NCBI GenBank assembly: GCA_018830645.1
Contig: JAHJSA010000023.1
Location: forward strand, 7,482-71,481
Direction: 5' to 3'
Length of the DNA: 64,000 nucleotides
Source: Actinomycetota bacterium
Lineage (GTDB): Bacteria > Actinomycetota > Thermoleophilia > RBG-16-64-13
Shown here: positions 31,120 to 43,833 of the stretch, piece after piece
Numbering within the stretch: the stretch's first letter is position 1
How the letters are laid out: the number at the start of each line of letters is the position of its first letter
The notes under the pieces: generated by a model
Database searches by the model: none
What the model saw: only the letters and a program-made list of their open reading frames with translations
Told to the model about the DNA's origin: nothing
Translations under genes and position numbers: made by a program

Positions 31120-31214
31120 CACGAACGGCGAGCGGCGCCGCCACGGTGATGCATGACGCCGCGTTGGCGCGCACGAGGCCGCAGAGGCGCTGCCCGCGCG
31201 ACGCCACAGCGGCC

Positions 31215-32708
31215 CTATGCCGGCACGCCGGCCCCAGCGATCTCTTTGAGCGCCTCGGCCACCGCAGGCTCCAGCGGGATCGGCGCGTGCGTATCGGCCA
31301 CCTCCCAGGCACGGGCGCGGGCACGGGCCACAGGGTCATCGGTGCCCGGGTCCATCCGTGCCCGCGAAAGCAGCTGAGGCCGCCACATGAGGCGCGCGTG
31401 CCGCATCGAATGCTTGGTGGCGAGGAAGTGCCCTCGGGGACCCACCTGCGCAATCGTTTCGAGCGCCAAGGTATCGTCGTCGACTTGAATGGGGCGCGCC
31501 GTGAAGGTGAGGGCGTTCCACAACTCCACGCCCAGAAGTAGCTCCGCCGGATCGCACACCGTCGCATTCTCGAGGAGACCCGGCCCCACCATCGCGTCGG
31601 GCCTCGCGAGCAGTATCATCGTCCCGGTAAGAGCGTCTTCGAAGGCCGACTGCCAGCCCACCCGAGTCGAGCCGCAGGCCATGCCGCCCATGAGAGATGG
31701 CAGCTTGTAGAAGCGGGCCATAGCAGTGGCGGCATTGGTGACCATGGCTTCCTCCGGTGCTCCACCGGCCATGCGGCCGGTCAACGGGTCGAGGACGCTG
31801 GTCATGCAGCTGTAGAAAGCCCTGGCTCCGGGACAAACCAGCCCCAGCGTCGCCAGGGTGCCGATGATCTCCGCGTTCACGATCACCAGATTCCCGGCGG
31901 GACTCGCCGGAGCAGTTCCACAGGCGAGTGGCATCGACACGATGCCCACGGGCACGCCCGCCTCAGCGAACACGAACGCCGCCTCCAAGGCCTCACCCTC
32001 GTTGGCAAGTGGGCTGATGGAACACTGGAAGTTGGACATCACGGGGCGGCGGCGAAGCTCGTCGGCGCCGCCGGCCACGAGCCGCGCCATCTCCACGGCC
32101 GCGCGCGCCTGGTGGGGCTTGGTGACGGTCATGCACTGCACGTGCTTCCCCGTGTTGGCGAAGGTGGCCTCGAGCTCCCAGAGCGGCTGCCTCTCCACCG
32201 GCCGGTCCAGGGCGCTCACCATCTGCCACGCGAAGGCGATCTCTGGGAGGGCGTCGCAGATGCGGGTCAGAGCCGCCAGATCATCGTAGGTGGAATCCCG
32301 CCACTCCCCCGTGAACCGATCCACCATCAGCATGCCGCACCCGCTCGGGCCAAGGTAGGTGGTACAACCGTCCAGTGCCAAGTCGAAGCGCTCGTCGCGG
32401 GCAGCGAAGACGCAGTCTCGCGACAGGAACGAAAGCCCCTTCTCCACGAGCTCGGCGGACATGCGCACCCGGGTGCCTTCGACGCTCGCCCCGTGTTCAG
32501 CGAGCACCCCCAAGCCCCGCTCCCACGGGATGTCGAGCCCCACAGACCCAAGAACGTCCAAGGTGGCCTGGTGCACGCGGTGCACACCATCTTCGCCGAG
32601 CAGATCCAGCCGCGGCAGGTCGGTCGGCGGCAGGAACGCTCCTGGCTGGGAGCCGCCGGCTGCGCCTGCCGGCGCGGTCGACGGCGGCGGTCGGTAGTCG
32701 TTGCTCAC
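31215..32708 (-). CDS. MttB-superfamily methyltransferase without pyrrolysine (uninterrupted ORF; candidate quaternary-amine/methylated-amine:corrinoid methyltransferase)
   Basis: 497 aa, full-length homologue of the trimethylamine methyltransferase family, but no in-frame TAG at the position where the two neighbouring mttB genes carry it. Confidence 0.8.
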   Translation of the reverse strand: MSNDYRPPPSTAPAGAAGGSQPGAFLPPTDLPRLDLLGEDGVHRVHQATLDVLGSVGLDIPWERGLGVLAEHGASVEGTRVRMSAELVEKGLSFLSRDCVFAARDERFDLALDGCTTYLGPSGCGMLMVDRFTGEWRDSTYDDLAALTRICDALPEIAFAWQMVSALDRPVERQPLWELEATFANTGKHVQCMTVTKPHQARAAVEMARLVAGGADELRRRPVMSNFQCSISPLANEGEALEAAFVFAEAGVPVGIVSMPLACGTAPASPAGNLVIVNAEIIGTLATLGLVCPGARAFYSCMTSVLDPLTGRMAGGAPEEAMVTNAATAMARFYKLPSLMGGMACGSTRVGWQSAFEDALTGTMILLARPDAMVGPGLLENATVCDPAELLLGVELWNALTFTARPIQVDDDTLALETIAQVGPRGHFLATKHSMRHARLMWRPQLLSRARMDPGTDDPVARARARAWEVADTHAPIPLEPAVAEALKEIAGAGVPA

Positions 32709-32751
32709 GCCGTATGTCCTCCTTCGAGTGTGGGGCGATCAGGCCGTTGCA

Positions 32752-34158
32752 CTACAGCTCCGCATTGAGCTTCTTTCGGAGGGTTTCGACGGAGGCTATC
32801 TCCACCCCCAACAGCCTCCCGATGCGCGCCTTGGCCGCCAGGCCTCGGGCGGCGCCCGGCATCGCCGTCACCACGCCGATATCGAGCTCCTCACGCAGTT
32901 CTCGCATGACCACCTCGTCGGAGAGGTCGCTGACGCCGACTCCGAGCTTGCCGGCCACGAACGCTTTCGCCTCTGAGATCCGCATCTTGCGATGGAGTTG
33001 CATCCTGGCGACCAGATCTCCGGCCGCGCGGATGCCCCCCATCCCGGAGGCGAGCACGTGTGCCATGGGCATCCCTACGGGATCGCCCACGCCCACCTAT
33101 AACCCGTCCACGCGCCCGATCTCCACCATGGCCACGCTCGCTCGGGTCACGGCGTCCACCGGCGGGGTCTCGCACATGGGCACTCCCCCCACTCCCATGC
33201 CCACATTCGCGTGTATAGGGATGGAAGCGGCCTCGGAACAGGCCTTGACGAAGGTAACCGCCCGGGCGACGTTCCACGCACACGACCTGCGGGTGTTGGT
33301 GTTGACGACAGGGCCGAACACGGCGGCGCCCGCCTTCTCGACCAACTTCACCTGCTGGTGCGGATAGAGACCGGCCAGCCGCTCTCCCTTGTACGTGACC
33401 TCGCCGTGCATGCCGAGTACGAACTCGGCGGCCATACCCACCTGGATCGACAGGTGCGTGTTCGCGGAGAGCTCCTCGACCGCCAGAAGAGTGGCCAGGA
33501 ACTCGGCATCGCCCGCCGAGGCGGTGGTGTCGAAGTCCAGACCGTCTGCTCCGGCGTCTGCCATCTTCCTACCCACGTACACCATGTCGCGGGTGCAGGC
33601 CTCGGCCGCTGCCAGCTGCGCCGCTCGGGCCTCCTCGATCTTGCCCTCAGGGAGCAGATCAGAGGGGTTGCCGAACGGGCCGTCGGGCCGGGCGTAGGTG
33701 GCCAGGTTCGGCATCGCCCCGTAATACACGGGGATGATGGTGCCGAGTAGCACGCTCTCCATGCATTGCTGCTCGTTGGCGACGATGGGCTTCACGGGTT
33801 TGTACGAGTAGTCCGGGTGGCCGAGTTCGATGGTGTCGAAGCCGAAGGCGCGCTCGAAGAGACGGATGGCCTGTTCTCGCGACACCGGCACCCCGACGCC
33901 GCTGTCTCCCTGCTCGGCGTACAACGAACCCGCCACGCCGTCGTCGCTGAGCACGACCTCACGGCCGGGCTCCACTCCCACGATGCGCCCGGGATAGGCG
34001 AAGAGGTCGAATAGGTGGTCGCGCTCCTGCTCGGTGATGGTAGGGATACGCCCGCGGTCGGCCGCGTCTTCCGTGCCGGCCAGGATGTCGGCACGGACCT
34101 TGTCCGAGGACATCGCCTCAACGCGCCCATCGCCCATGCGCATGCGGTGGCTCGGCAT
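32752..34158 (-). CDS. mtbB: Dimethylamine:corrinoid methyltransferase MtbB, pyrrolysine-containing (in-frame UAG at 33097..33099)
   Basis: Two adjacent in-frame track ORFs (33097..34158 and 32752..33096) separated only by TAG; junction ...[33 protein letters not shown] matches the MtbB Pyl site; N-terminus MRMGDG..GDSGVG is also MtbB-like; ~468 aa in total. Confidence 0.9.
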
Positions 34159-35639
34159 CAGTTTCCTCCTTGGTTCCGGGCCGGACGGCCCAGGTGTTTC
34201 GCGATGACCGCCTCAGCTTCCGGGGGCAACGGCGCTACAGAGTGCTTGGCGAGGATCCTTCGGGCAACGGCGAGCGCCCGAGCGTGGGCGTCCTCACCCC
34301 CGCGCTTCTCCCAGGCGCCCCGCATGCGACGGTCGATCACCTGAGCCTCCGACTGCTCGCGACGAGCCAGTTCCCGGGTATGCCTCTCGCGCAGGAAGTT
34401 GCCATCGGACCCTACTCTCAGAATGGATTCGAGACCGATGGAGGCGACATCGCTGCGGATGCCTTCGAGCACCCGCCGGTTCATGCGTGCGATCTCGTCA
34501 TCCATCACCATCTGACCGAAGTCGAAGGTCAGGCCTAATTCGAGCATCCCCATGCCATAGATCAGGTTGGCCCCTGCCAACGCTGGTAACAGACTGGTGA
34601 GGGTCTTCTCGTGGCCCGCCTGCACGTCGGGTAGTTTGCTGTCTGCCTAACCGCCGGCCACCCAGCAGGGCAGGTAGTAGAACTCACTCATCTCGGCGAC
34701 GGCGGCGGAGATGAGGGCGAGTTCGGGAGCTCCGACGGGCGCAGTGGCGTGGCGCAGGTCGAAGGTGGTGGTGCTGCTGCCGTAGATGACCGGAGCCCCG
34801 GGGCGGGTGAGTTGAGCGAGCGTAAGCGCCGAGAGCACCTCCGCGTTGTGGGTGACCATGGTGCCGGACAGGCTGATCGGACCGGTCGCCCCGGCCATGG
34901 CCATGGAGATGACGTTCGAGGCGATCCCGTGGCGCGCGCACCCCATCATGATCTCCGGGGTGGGCGAGTAGAGGGCCAGGGGACTCGTGGGGCAGGTGTC
35001 GATGGAGAATATGGGGCGCTCGCGCAAGGCTTCAGCCCCGCCGACCACCGCTGCCCCGATCTCGGCGAGTTCATCGATCTGCTCTCCGGTCTCGACGCCC
35101 GCGTGCACGTGCTTCGTGGTATTGCGGAGCGCCGCGACGAAGCCCTCCAGGTAGGCGCTCTCGGAGGGCACGTCGGTGGGCGTCACCGCCATCTCGAAGG
35201 TATCGCACATCTCGAGGGCGTCGCAGAGCCGAGCTATGCGGGCGAGATCGTCCAGGGTGGAGTCCCGGTGCTCCCCCGTCTCGAGATCGTAGACTTTGGT
35301 GCCCTCACCGAAGTTGGTGTAGCCCACCGAACGGCCGCCCATGAGGTAGTCGCGCTCGCCATCCCGCGAGGCCAGGAGGATCGTGCCCGGAGCCGACTCC
35401 AGTGCCTCTTCAACCACGTTCCGGGGGAAGCGGACAATCCGCGTGTGGGTGTCCACGACGCACCCTGCCCCGTCGAGGACATCGAGCGCCTCGTCCACCG
35501 GCACCTTCACACCGGCCGTCTCGAGAACGACCAGGGTGGCCTCATGGATCGCTTCCCGACCCGCGGCGCCCAACACATCGAAGCTGAGCCGCGGTACGCC
35601 CGCTCGCTCCTCATCCCTCAGCTTCTCTCTCCACCCCAT
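34158..35639 (-). CDS. mttB: Trimethylamine:corrinoid methyltransferase MttB, pyrrolysine-containing (in-frame UAG at 34647..34649)
   Basis: Track ORFs 34647..35687 and 34158..34625 share a frame across a single TAG: ...[51 protein letters not shown]; ~493 aa from ATG 35639 (RBS AAGGAAGG), Pyl at ~331 as in MttB. Confidence 0.9.
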
Positions 35640-35644
35640 ATGCC

Positions 35645-36169
35645 TCAGGCCTTCCTTTCCAGAGCGGGATCTTCGGGGACTTCCCACATATAGCTGAACT
35701 TCTCGTTCCCCAGGATGGTGAACACCTCGGTTGAGAGAATGCTCCCGCCCGGCGCGAGCGGGCCGCCGAGGAACTCAAGGAGCTCCTCGCTTCCTCGGAA
35801 CACGGCTTCCACCAGGAGGTTATAACGACCGGTGCAGTACCCCACCCAGCACACCCGGTTGAGTGCGGCGAAGGCGCGGGCGACCTCCCGCAGATCGCCT
35901 GCGACAACATTCACGCCGATCATGACGTTGATGGGATAGCCGGTGGCCGCAGGGTCCAGCAAACCCACGATCTGCATCACTCCGGTTTCGTGCAACCGTT
36001 CGATGCGTTTGCGCACCGTGGGCACGGACACGCCGGTGGCCCGCGCGATCTCCGCGTTCGGCAGGCGTCCGTCGCTCTGCAGGAGGGCGAGGATCTTGCG
36101 GTCCAGTGAATCAAGGTGCTCCGGACGCGGCTCGCTCCTCCGATGCTCGTCCACCAGACCCCCAGTCAA
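35645..36169 (-). CDS. Lrp/AsnC family transcriptional regulator
   Basis: N-terminal HTH (LDRKILALLQSDGRLPNAEIARATGVSVPTVRKRIERL) and C-terminal RAM ligand-binding domain; directly upstream of mttB. Confidence 0.8.
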   Translation of the reverse strand: MTGGLVDEHRRSEPRPEHLDSLDRKILALLQSDGRLPNAEIARATGVSVPTVRKRIERLHETGVMQIVGLLDPAATGYPINVMIGVNVVAGDLREVARAFAALNRVCWVGYCTGRYNLLVEAVFRGSEELLEFLGGPLAPGGSILSTEVFTILGNEKFSYMWEVPEDPALERKA

Positions 36170-36293
36170 GTGAGCAATGACTTCGCCAACGTATCGTTAT
36201 CGCTTCGATAAGTCAATCTCAACATTGATTACCGTTTCGATAAGTACGTCGCCGGAAGGAGCTTCGTATGCCCGCGCGGCGCGGGCATCGGAA

Positions 36294-39497
<3,204 letters not shown>

Positions 39498-39527
39498 GTT
39501 GGGCTCCTCATGGCGGTGTGTGGGATG

Positions 39528-39560
39528 ACTCGGGCTCGGGCTCGGGCTCGGGCTCGGCCG
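39528..39560. repeat. Hexanucleotide microsatellite (CTCGGG/GGGCTC)x~5 in the carB upstream intergenic region
   Basis: gactcgggctcgggctcgggctcgggctcggccgg read directly; it lies in the shadow-ORF Ser-Pro repeat region upstream of the carB start. Confidence 0.7.
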
Positions 39561-39585
39561 GCCCCGGCCGGCCGCTCCGGGCATT

Positions 39586-40833
39586 CTATCGCCTGAGCGA
39601 CGTCCGGCGGAGAGGCCACTGCACCCCGCCGCATCGGTGCGCACTACCCACCCCCGACTGGATCGCCTGGCGCAGACGCCCCGCGTCCTGCCGCGATCCG
39701 ATTACCACCGCCCCGACGACCCGCCCGTCGTGGAACCAGAGCGTACGACCGCGACCCAAGGCGGGGCATCCGATCACCCTCTGCTCCACACCCTCACCCA
39801 AGGATCGCAAAGCCTCTGAGCTCGTGCAGCCCATGAAGGCAACCCGCCGTTCAAACACCGGCAATACGTTGAACGGGATCTCACCCGAGAGCCTCGCATC
39901 GGCGCCCGCCATGTTGGCTCCTGCCACCGCTCCCTGAGCACACGCACTCGGCCAGGTGGCGAAGGCCTCCACCTGCCCGGTGACGGCGTGGCGCGTGAGC
40001 GCCGCGTCGCCGGCGGCGAAGACATTGGGGATCCCCGTGCGCATACCCGCGTCAACCGCCAAGCCCCGGTCGGCGCGGACACCGACGGGGGCGGCCCAGG
40101 CGGTGTTCGGCGCAGCTCCCTTGGCCGCGACACACAGATCGGCCGGTACGGCGTCGCCCCGGGTAGTCGTCAAGAATCGCCGCCTCCCGGCGTCCTCGAA
40201 GGCGGACGCACCGCGGCCAAGCAGGAAACGGATGCCTGCTTCCTCGAGCCACCCCTGCACTATCGTCGCTTCGCCGACCTCGGCATTCCGGCAGAGGATC
40301 TGATCGGACCGAGCAAGTACGGTCACCTGTTTCCCGAGCTTCCGCACCGCCATGGCGATCTCGAGCCCGGCGAGACCGGCCCCGAGAACGGCCACGCTCT
40401 CGGCTTCCTCCAGACGCCCCTGCAGGATCCGGGCGTCGGCCAAAGTGCGCAGAGTCAGGGGACCGTCGGCGCCGGTCGCTCCGGGCACCTCTTCTCCCCG
40501 GGCCGCCGCCCCCGTAGCGATCAGCAGCGTGGTGTACTTGATCGCCCCTCCCTGCTCCACCAAGACAGCGAGCCTCTCGAAGTCGACTCCGACCACCCGG
40601 GTGCCCGACACGAGCACGGCCTGGTGAGCGTCGTAGAAGCGCTGGTCGGCCAGGGCGAGGCCCTTCTCCTCGACCGTGCCCGCCAGCAGATAGGGCAGCA
40701 GAGCCGGGGAGTACGCCGGGCAGCACTCGGCCGTGACCACGATGATACGGCCCGCCTCGTCCCGACGGCGGATGGCCCGTACCGCGGCCAGACCTGCCGC
40801 GCCGGCGCCCAAGACCACGTAGGTCTCGCTCAC
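39586..40833 (-). CDS. FAD-dependent pyridine nucleotide-disulfide oxidoreductase (NADH oxidase / CoA-disulfide reductase family)
   Basis: N-terminal VVLGAGAAGLAAV FAD fold, second GAGLAGLE NAD(P) fold, and the CPAY-type motif (AECCPAYSP); GTG start at 40833 (residue 102 of the track ORF). Confidence 0.7.
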   Translation of the reverse strand: MSETYVVLGAGAAGLAAVRAIRRRDEAGRIIVVTAECCPAYSPALLPYLLAGTVEEKGLALADQRFYDAHQAVLVSGTRVVGVDFERLAVLVEQGGAIKYTTLLIATGAAARGEEVPGATGADGPLTLRTLADARILQGRLEEAESVAVLGAGLAGLEIAMAVRKLGKQVTVLARSDQILCRNAEVGEATIVQGWLEEAGIRFLLGRGASAFEDAGRRRFLTTTRGDAVPADLCVAAKGAAPNTAWAAPVGVRADRGLAVDAGMRTGIPNVFAAGDAALTRHAVTGQVEAFATWPSACAQGAVAGANMAGADARLSGEIPFNVLPVFERRVAFMGCTSSEALRSLGEGVEQRVIGCPALGRGRTLWFHDGRVVGAVVIGSRQDAGRLRQAIQSGVGSAHRCGGVQWPLRRTSLRR

Positions 40834-40873
40834 GTGCACGCACCTGTCGGCGCGTCTCCCCGAGGGGCGCGGG

Positions 40874-42727
40874 TCACCGCGTCGCCCCTTCCAGGTCGAG
40901 GGCGGCCAGCTTGGCCTCGGTGGGCCGTCCGTGCGTGTCCCAGCCTCGAGCCTCGTAGTACTGGGGCAGGAGGATATCCAGGCGCGGCAGATTGCCCTTG
41001 CTCGCGCCCGCGGTGAAGGGGGTCTCGAGCATCCGCTTCGGGAGGGTGTCGTCGGCGGCGGTGAGTCCGGCGCCCAGGTTGAAGAGGCGTTCCTGGTTGA
41101 AGATGCGCTCACCGGCCGCCAGGAAGCCCGCTTCACCCCCGAACGAGAGGCCGGTGGCCTTCTCCATCAGGTCGATGAAGACGCGGACGTCGGGCATCCC
41201 GATCACGATGAAGTTACAGATGCCCGAGGAGTCGATCATGCAGTAGAAGTCCTGGATCTTCTTGGCTACCTCAGCCTTCCCCTCCACAGCGAAGCGGTCG
41301 AGGTTCTCGCCGGTCTCGACAATGCCCAGGAGCGAGATGCCGAAGAACTCCACGCAGTGTACCTCTTGGCGGATGTGGCACGCGCCCCGGTTGGACGTGG
41401 CATACCCGAGGGCGAAGCCCTGCCCCCCGCGTGGGTCGTAGTTCGGGAACTCCTGCTTCTTGACGGTCATGCTGAGCTCGGGGTGCCCGTAGCGCTCGGC
41501 CAGGCGATACGAGCCCTCTGCCAGACTGTCGCCGAAGCCTTCCCGGCGGGCGATCTTCTCCAGGAGCTCCACCACGGCCGCACCATCACCGAAACCGAGG
41601 GGCCCACCGCTGTCGGACTCGGGGACAAGCCCCCGCTCGCTCAACTCCATGGCGCAGGCGATGGTCACGCCCGCTGAGATGGTGTCGAGGCCCATTTCGT
41701 TGCAGATGTAGTTGCTCTTCATGATCGCTTCGACATCATCGACGCCACAGACGGCCCCAAGGGAACCCAGGGTCTCGTACTCGGGACCTTCACCTCGTCC
41801 TTTGAACGGCCCGCTCTTGACCTGCGTCACCCGGCCACAGGCCAAGGGGCAGCCGAAGCAGGCTTTGGTCTTACCGACGCCCTTCAGGTTGTAGCGGGAG
41901 ACGGCGGTGCCCCCGATGGCGGCCGCGCCCTCGAATGTGCCCTGTTGGAAGTTGCGGGTGGGCAGGAGGCCCACCTCGTCGGCAAATTCGACCACGTCTG
42001 AGGTGCCGTACTCACCAACAGTGATTGACATGAAGGGGTCCTTGAACTCCTCGCGGGCGGCCCGCACCGCCGCCTGGAAGCCGGCCGGATCGGCCACCCT
42101 CACGCCGCCGCTGCCCCGCACAACGATGGCCTTCAGTCTCTTGGAACCCATGACGGCCCCCACACCTGAGCGCCCGGCTGCCCGGCCGCCGTCGTTCATG
42201 ACGGCCGCGAAGCGCACAAGGTTCTCGCCGGCCGGTCCGATGCAGGCCACCTTGGCCTCCTCGTCGGTCTCGGCTAGGAGCAGCTCGGTAGTATCGCTCA
42301 CCGCCCGACCCCAGAGGTCGCCCGCATCTCGGATCTCCACCCGGTCGTCGTCGATCCACAGGTAGACCGGTCTCGGCGAGGTGTTCTCGACGATGATCGC
42401 GTCGTAGCCCGCGAACTTGAGCTCCGCGCCGAAGTAGCCACCCGAGTTGGAGTTGGCGATGCCACCGGTGAGCGGCGACTTAGTGACCAGGGTGTATCGA
42501 CTCGAGGCCGGGGCCGACGTAGCCGTCAAGGGGCCGGTCGCGAACACCAGCTTGTTGTGGGGACCCAGCGGGTCGACCGTCGGGTCGACCTCGCTGAGAA
42601 GGTAGTGGATGCCGAGCCCGCGCCCCCCGATGGCCCGTTCGAGTACGGCGGTGTCTATGGACTCCGTGCGGGTGGTGCCCGCAGCCAGGTCGACCCGAAG
42701 TAGGCGTCCGATCCAGCCTGCCATCAT
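40874..42727 (-). CDS. Aldehyde:ferredoxin oxidoreductase (tungsten/molybdopterin AOR family)
   Basis: ~617 aa; AOR N-terminal domain (MAGWIGRLLRVDLAAGT...) and C-terminal pterin/4Fe-4S domains; ATG overlaps the stop of the upstream ferredoxin gene. Confidence 0.85.
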   Translation of the reverse strand: MMAGWIGRLLRVDLAAGTTRTESIDTAVLERAIGGRGLGIHYLLSEVDPTVDPLGPHNKLVFATGPLTATSAPASSRYTLVTKSPLTGGIANSNSGGYFGAELKFAGYDAIIVENTSPRPVYLWIDDDRVEIRDAGDLWGRAVSDTTELLLAETDEEAKVACIGPAGENLVRFAAVMNDGGRAAGRSGVGAVMGSKRLKAIVVRGSGGVRVADPAGFQAAVRAAREEFKDPFMSITVGEYGTSDVVEFADEVGLLPTRNFQQGTFEGAAAIGGTAVSRYNLKGVGKTKACFGCPLACGRVTQVKSGPFKGRGEGPEYETLGSLGAVCGVDDVEAIMKSNYICNEMGLDTISAGVTIACAMELSERGLVPESDSGGPLGFGDGAAVVELLEKIARREGFGDSLAEGSYRLAERYGHPELSMTVKKQEFPNYDPRGGQGFALGYATSNRGACHIRQEVHCVEFFGISLLGIVETGENLDRFAVEGKAEVAKKIQDFYCMIDSSGICNFIVIGMPDVRVFIDLMEKATGLSFGGEAGFLAAGERIFNQERLFNLGAGLTAADDTLPKRMLETPFTAGASKGNLPRLDILLPQYYEARGWDTHGRPTEAKLAALDLEGATR

Positions 42728-43203
42728 CGGTTCCCCCCTTCGAGGCGCATCTTGTCGGCCATTGCCCTGCGCTTGGCCCGCGGCGAGGAGTCCACAGCCG
42801 CGAAGTCGAGGGCTTTGGTAGCACACGCTTCGACACAGGCCGGGTGGCCGCCGCAAAGATCACACTTCCGCACACACCCCCGGCCGTCGTCCTCCACCGC
42901 GCCGAAGGGACAGGCGAGCGTGCACATGTGGCAGCCCACACAACGATCCCGGTTGAGGGAGACCACGTAGCTGCCATCGATCTCGGCGGCATGCATGGCT
43001 CCCGAGGGACAGACGGCCGCACAGGCCGGCTCGGCGCACTGCAGGCACACCTGCGGCAGAAAGAAGGCATCCTCGGTGAAGATGCTCACCCTCACCGCAG
43101 ACTTGCGCGGGTTGAACTCCTCGTAGTGGGCGAAGGAACACGCCGTCTCGCAGGAGCGACACCCCGTGCACCTGTCGACATCGATCACCAGCTGGTTCCC
43201 CAT
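42724..43203 (-). CDS. 4Fe-4S ferredoxin-type protein (multi-cluster; probable AOR electron-transfer subunit)
   Basis: Four Cys-x2-Cys-x2-Cys-x3-Cys-Pro-like motifs (CTGCRSCETAC, CLQCAEPACAAVCP, CVGCHMCTLACP, CDLCGGHPACVEAC). Confidence 0.7.
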   Translation of the reverse strand: MGNQLVIDVDRCTGCRSCETACSFAHYEEFNPRKSAVRVSIFTEDAFFLPQVCLQCAEPACAAVCPSGAMHAAEIDGSYVVSLNRDRCVGCHMCTLACPFGAVEDDGRGCVRKCDLCGGHPACVEACATKALDFAAVDSSPRAKRRAMADKMRLEGGNR

Positions 43204-43269
43204 CTCGAACCCCCTCCTCGCGGCATTATGATGAGATCGCACCGGCGCGCCGGCCGCGCATCATGTTGA

Positions 43270-43563
43270 CTAACCTCCCGAAAGCGGCATGAAGAGCCTG
43301 ATGCGATCACCCTCCCGCACCGAGTCGGCCGGCAGCGAATTCCGCCCATTGACGGTGACGAGCACCCTCATTCCGGCGGGTAGCCCACAGACGTCGGTAA
43401 GCACCGCAGCCACCGTACTCCCTGCGGGCACGCTCACCGCGACGGCACGACCGGTCTCGATCCGCGGACGGAACCGTTCGAGACCGAGGTGCAATTGCAC
43501 GGTCACGGCGATCGGCGAAACGGTGCGGTCGGCGCCCGCGCCACGTTCTCCACCTACTTCCAT
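43270..43563 (-). CDS. MoaD/ThiS-like ubiquitin-fold sulfur-carrier protein
   Basis: ~98 aa ending in the diglycine ...RLFMPLSGG; position next to AOR and ferredoxin is typical for cofactor-maturation partners. Confidence 0.45.
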   Translation of the reverse strand: MEVGGERGAGADRTVSPIAVTVQLHLGLERFRPRIETGRAVAVSVPAGSTVAAVLTDVCGLPAGMRVLVTVNGRNSLPADSVREGDRIRLFMPLSGG

Positions 43564-43741
43564 CCGAAGACCTTCTGTCCGTGACGACGTCTGCGTCTGA
43601 TGTTGTTGTCGTCGACCCACATGCTGACCTCATCGTCGATGAGCACCGCATCGAACGCGACCCCAATCCCGATTCGCGTCTTGTTCCCGCGATTATCCGC
43701 ACGGGTAAGAACGAGTGCATCGTATCGAAATTTATACTCCG

Positions 43742-43750
43742 GGGGGGGGT
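43742..43750. repeat. G9 homopolymer in the intergenic region upstream of the TetR regulator gene
   Basis: ctccgggggggggtcgag read directly; a lone 9-G run in otherwise non-repetitive sequence. Confidence 0.6.
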
Positions 43751-43833
43751 CGAGGAGTACTACAGCGCATTCCGACCGCCGGACATGATCTCTCGGCCGG
43801 GTACGCCATCGGCAGAACAGGAGTCGTGAAGAA

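Noticed and set aside
31215-35687. Interpretation of the split mttB/mtbB (and mtmB) ORFs as pseudogenes disrupted by nonsense mutations
   Set aside because: All five interruptions are TAG specifically. Each is the only disruption in its gene, each sits at the exact conserved Pyl column of its family, and both halves stay in frame. A complete pylT/pylS/pylBC cassette sits alongside. Programmed Pyl insertion is far more parsimonious than five independent nonsense mutations.
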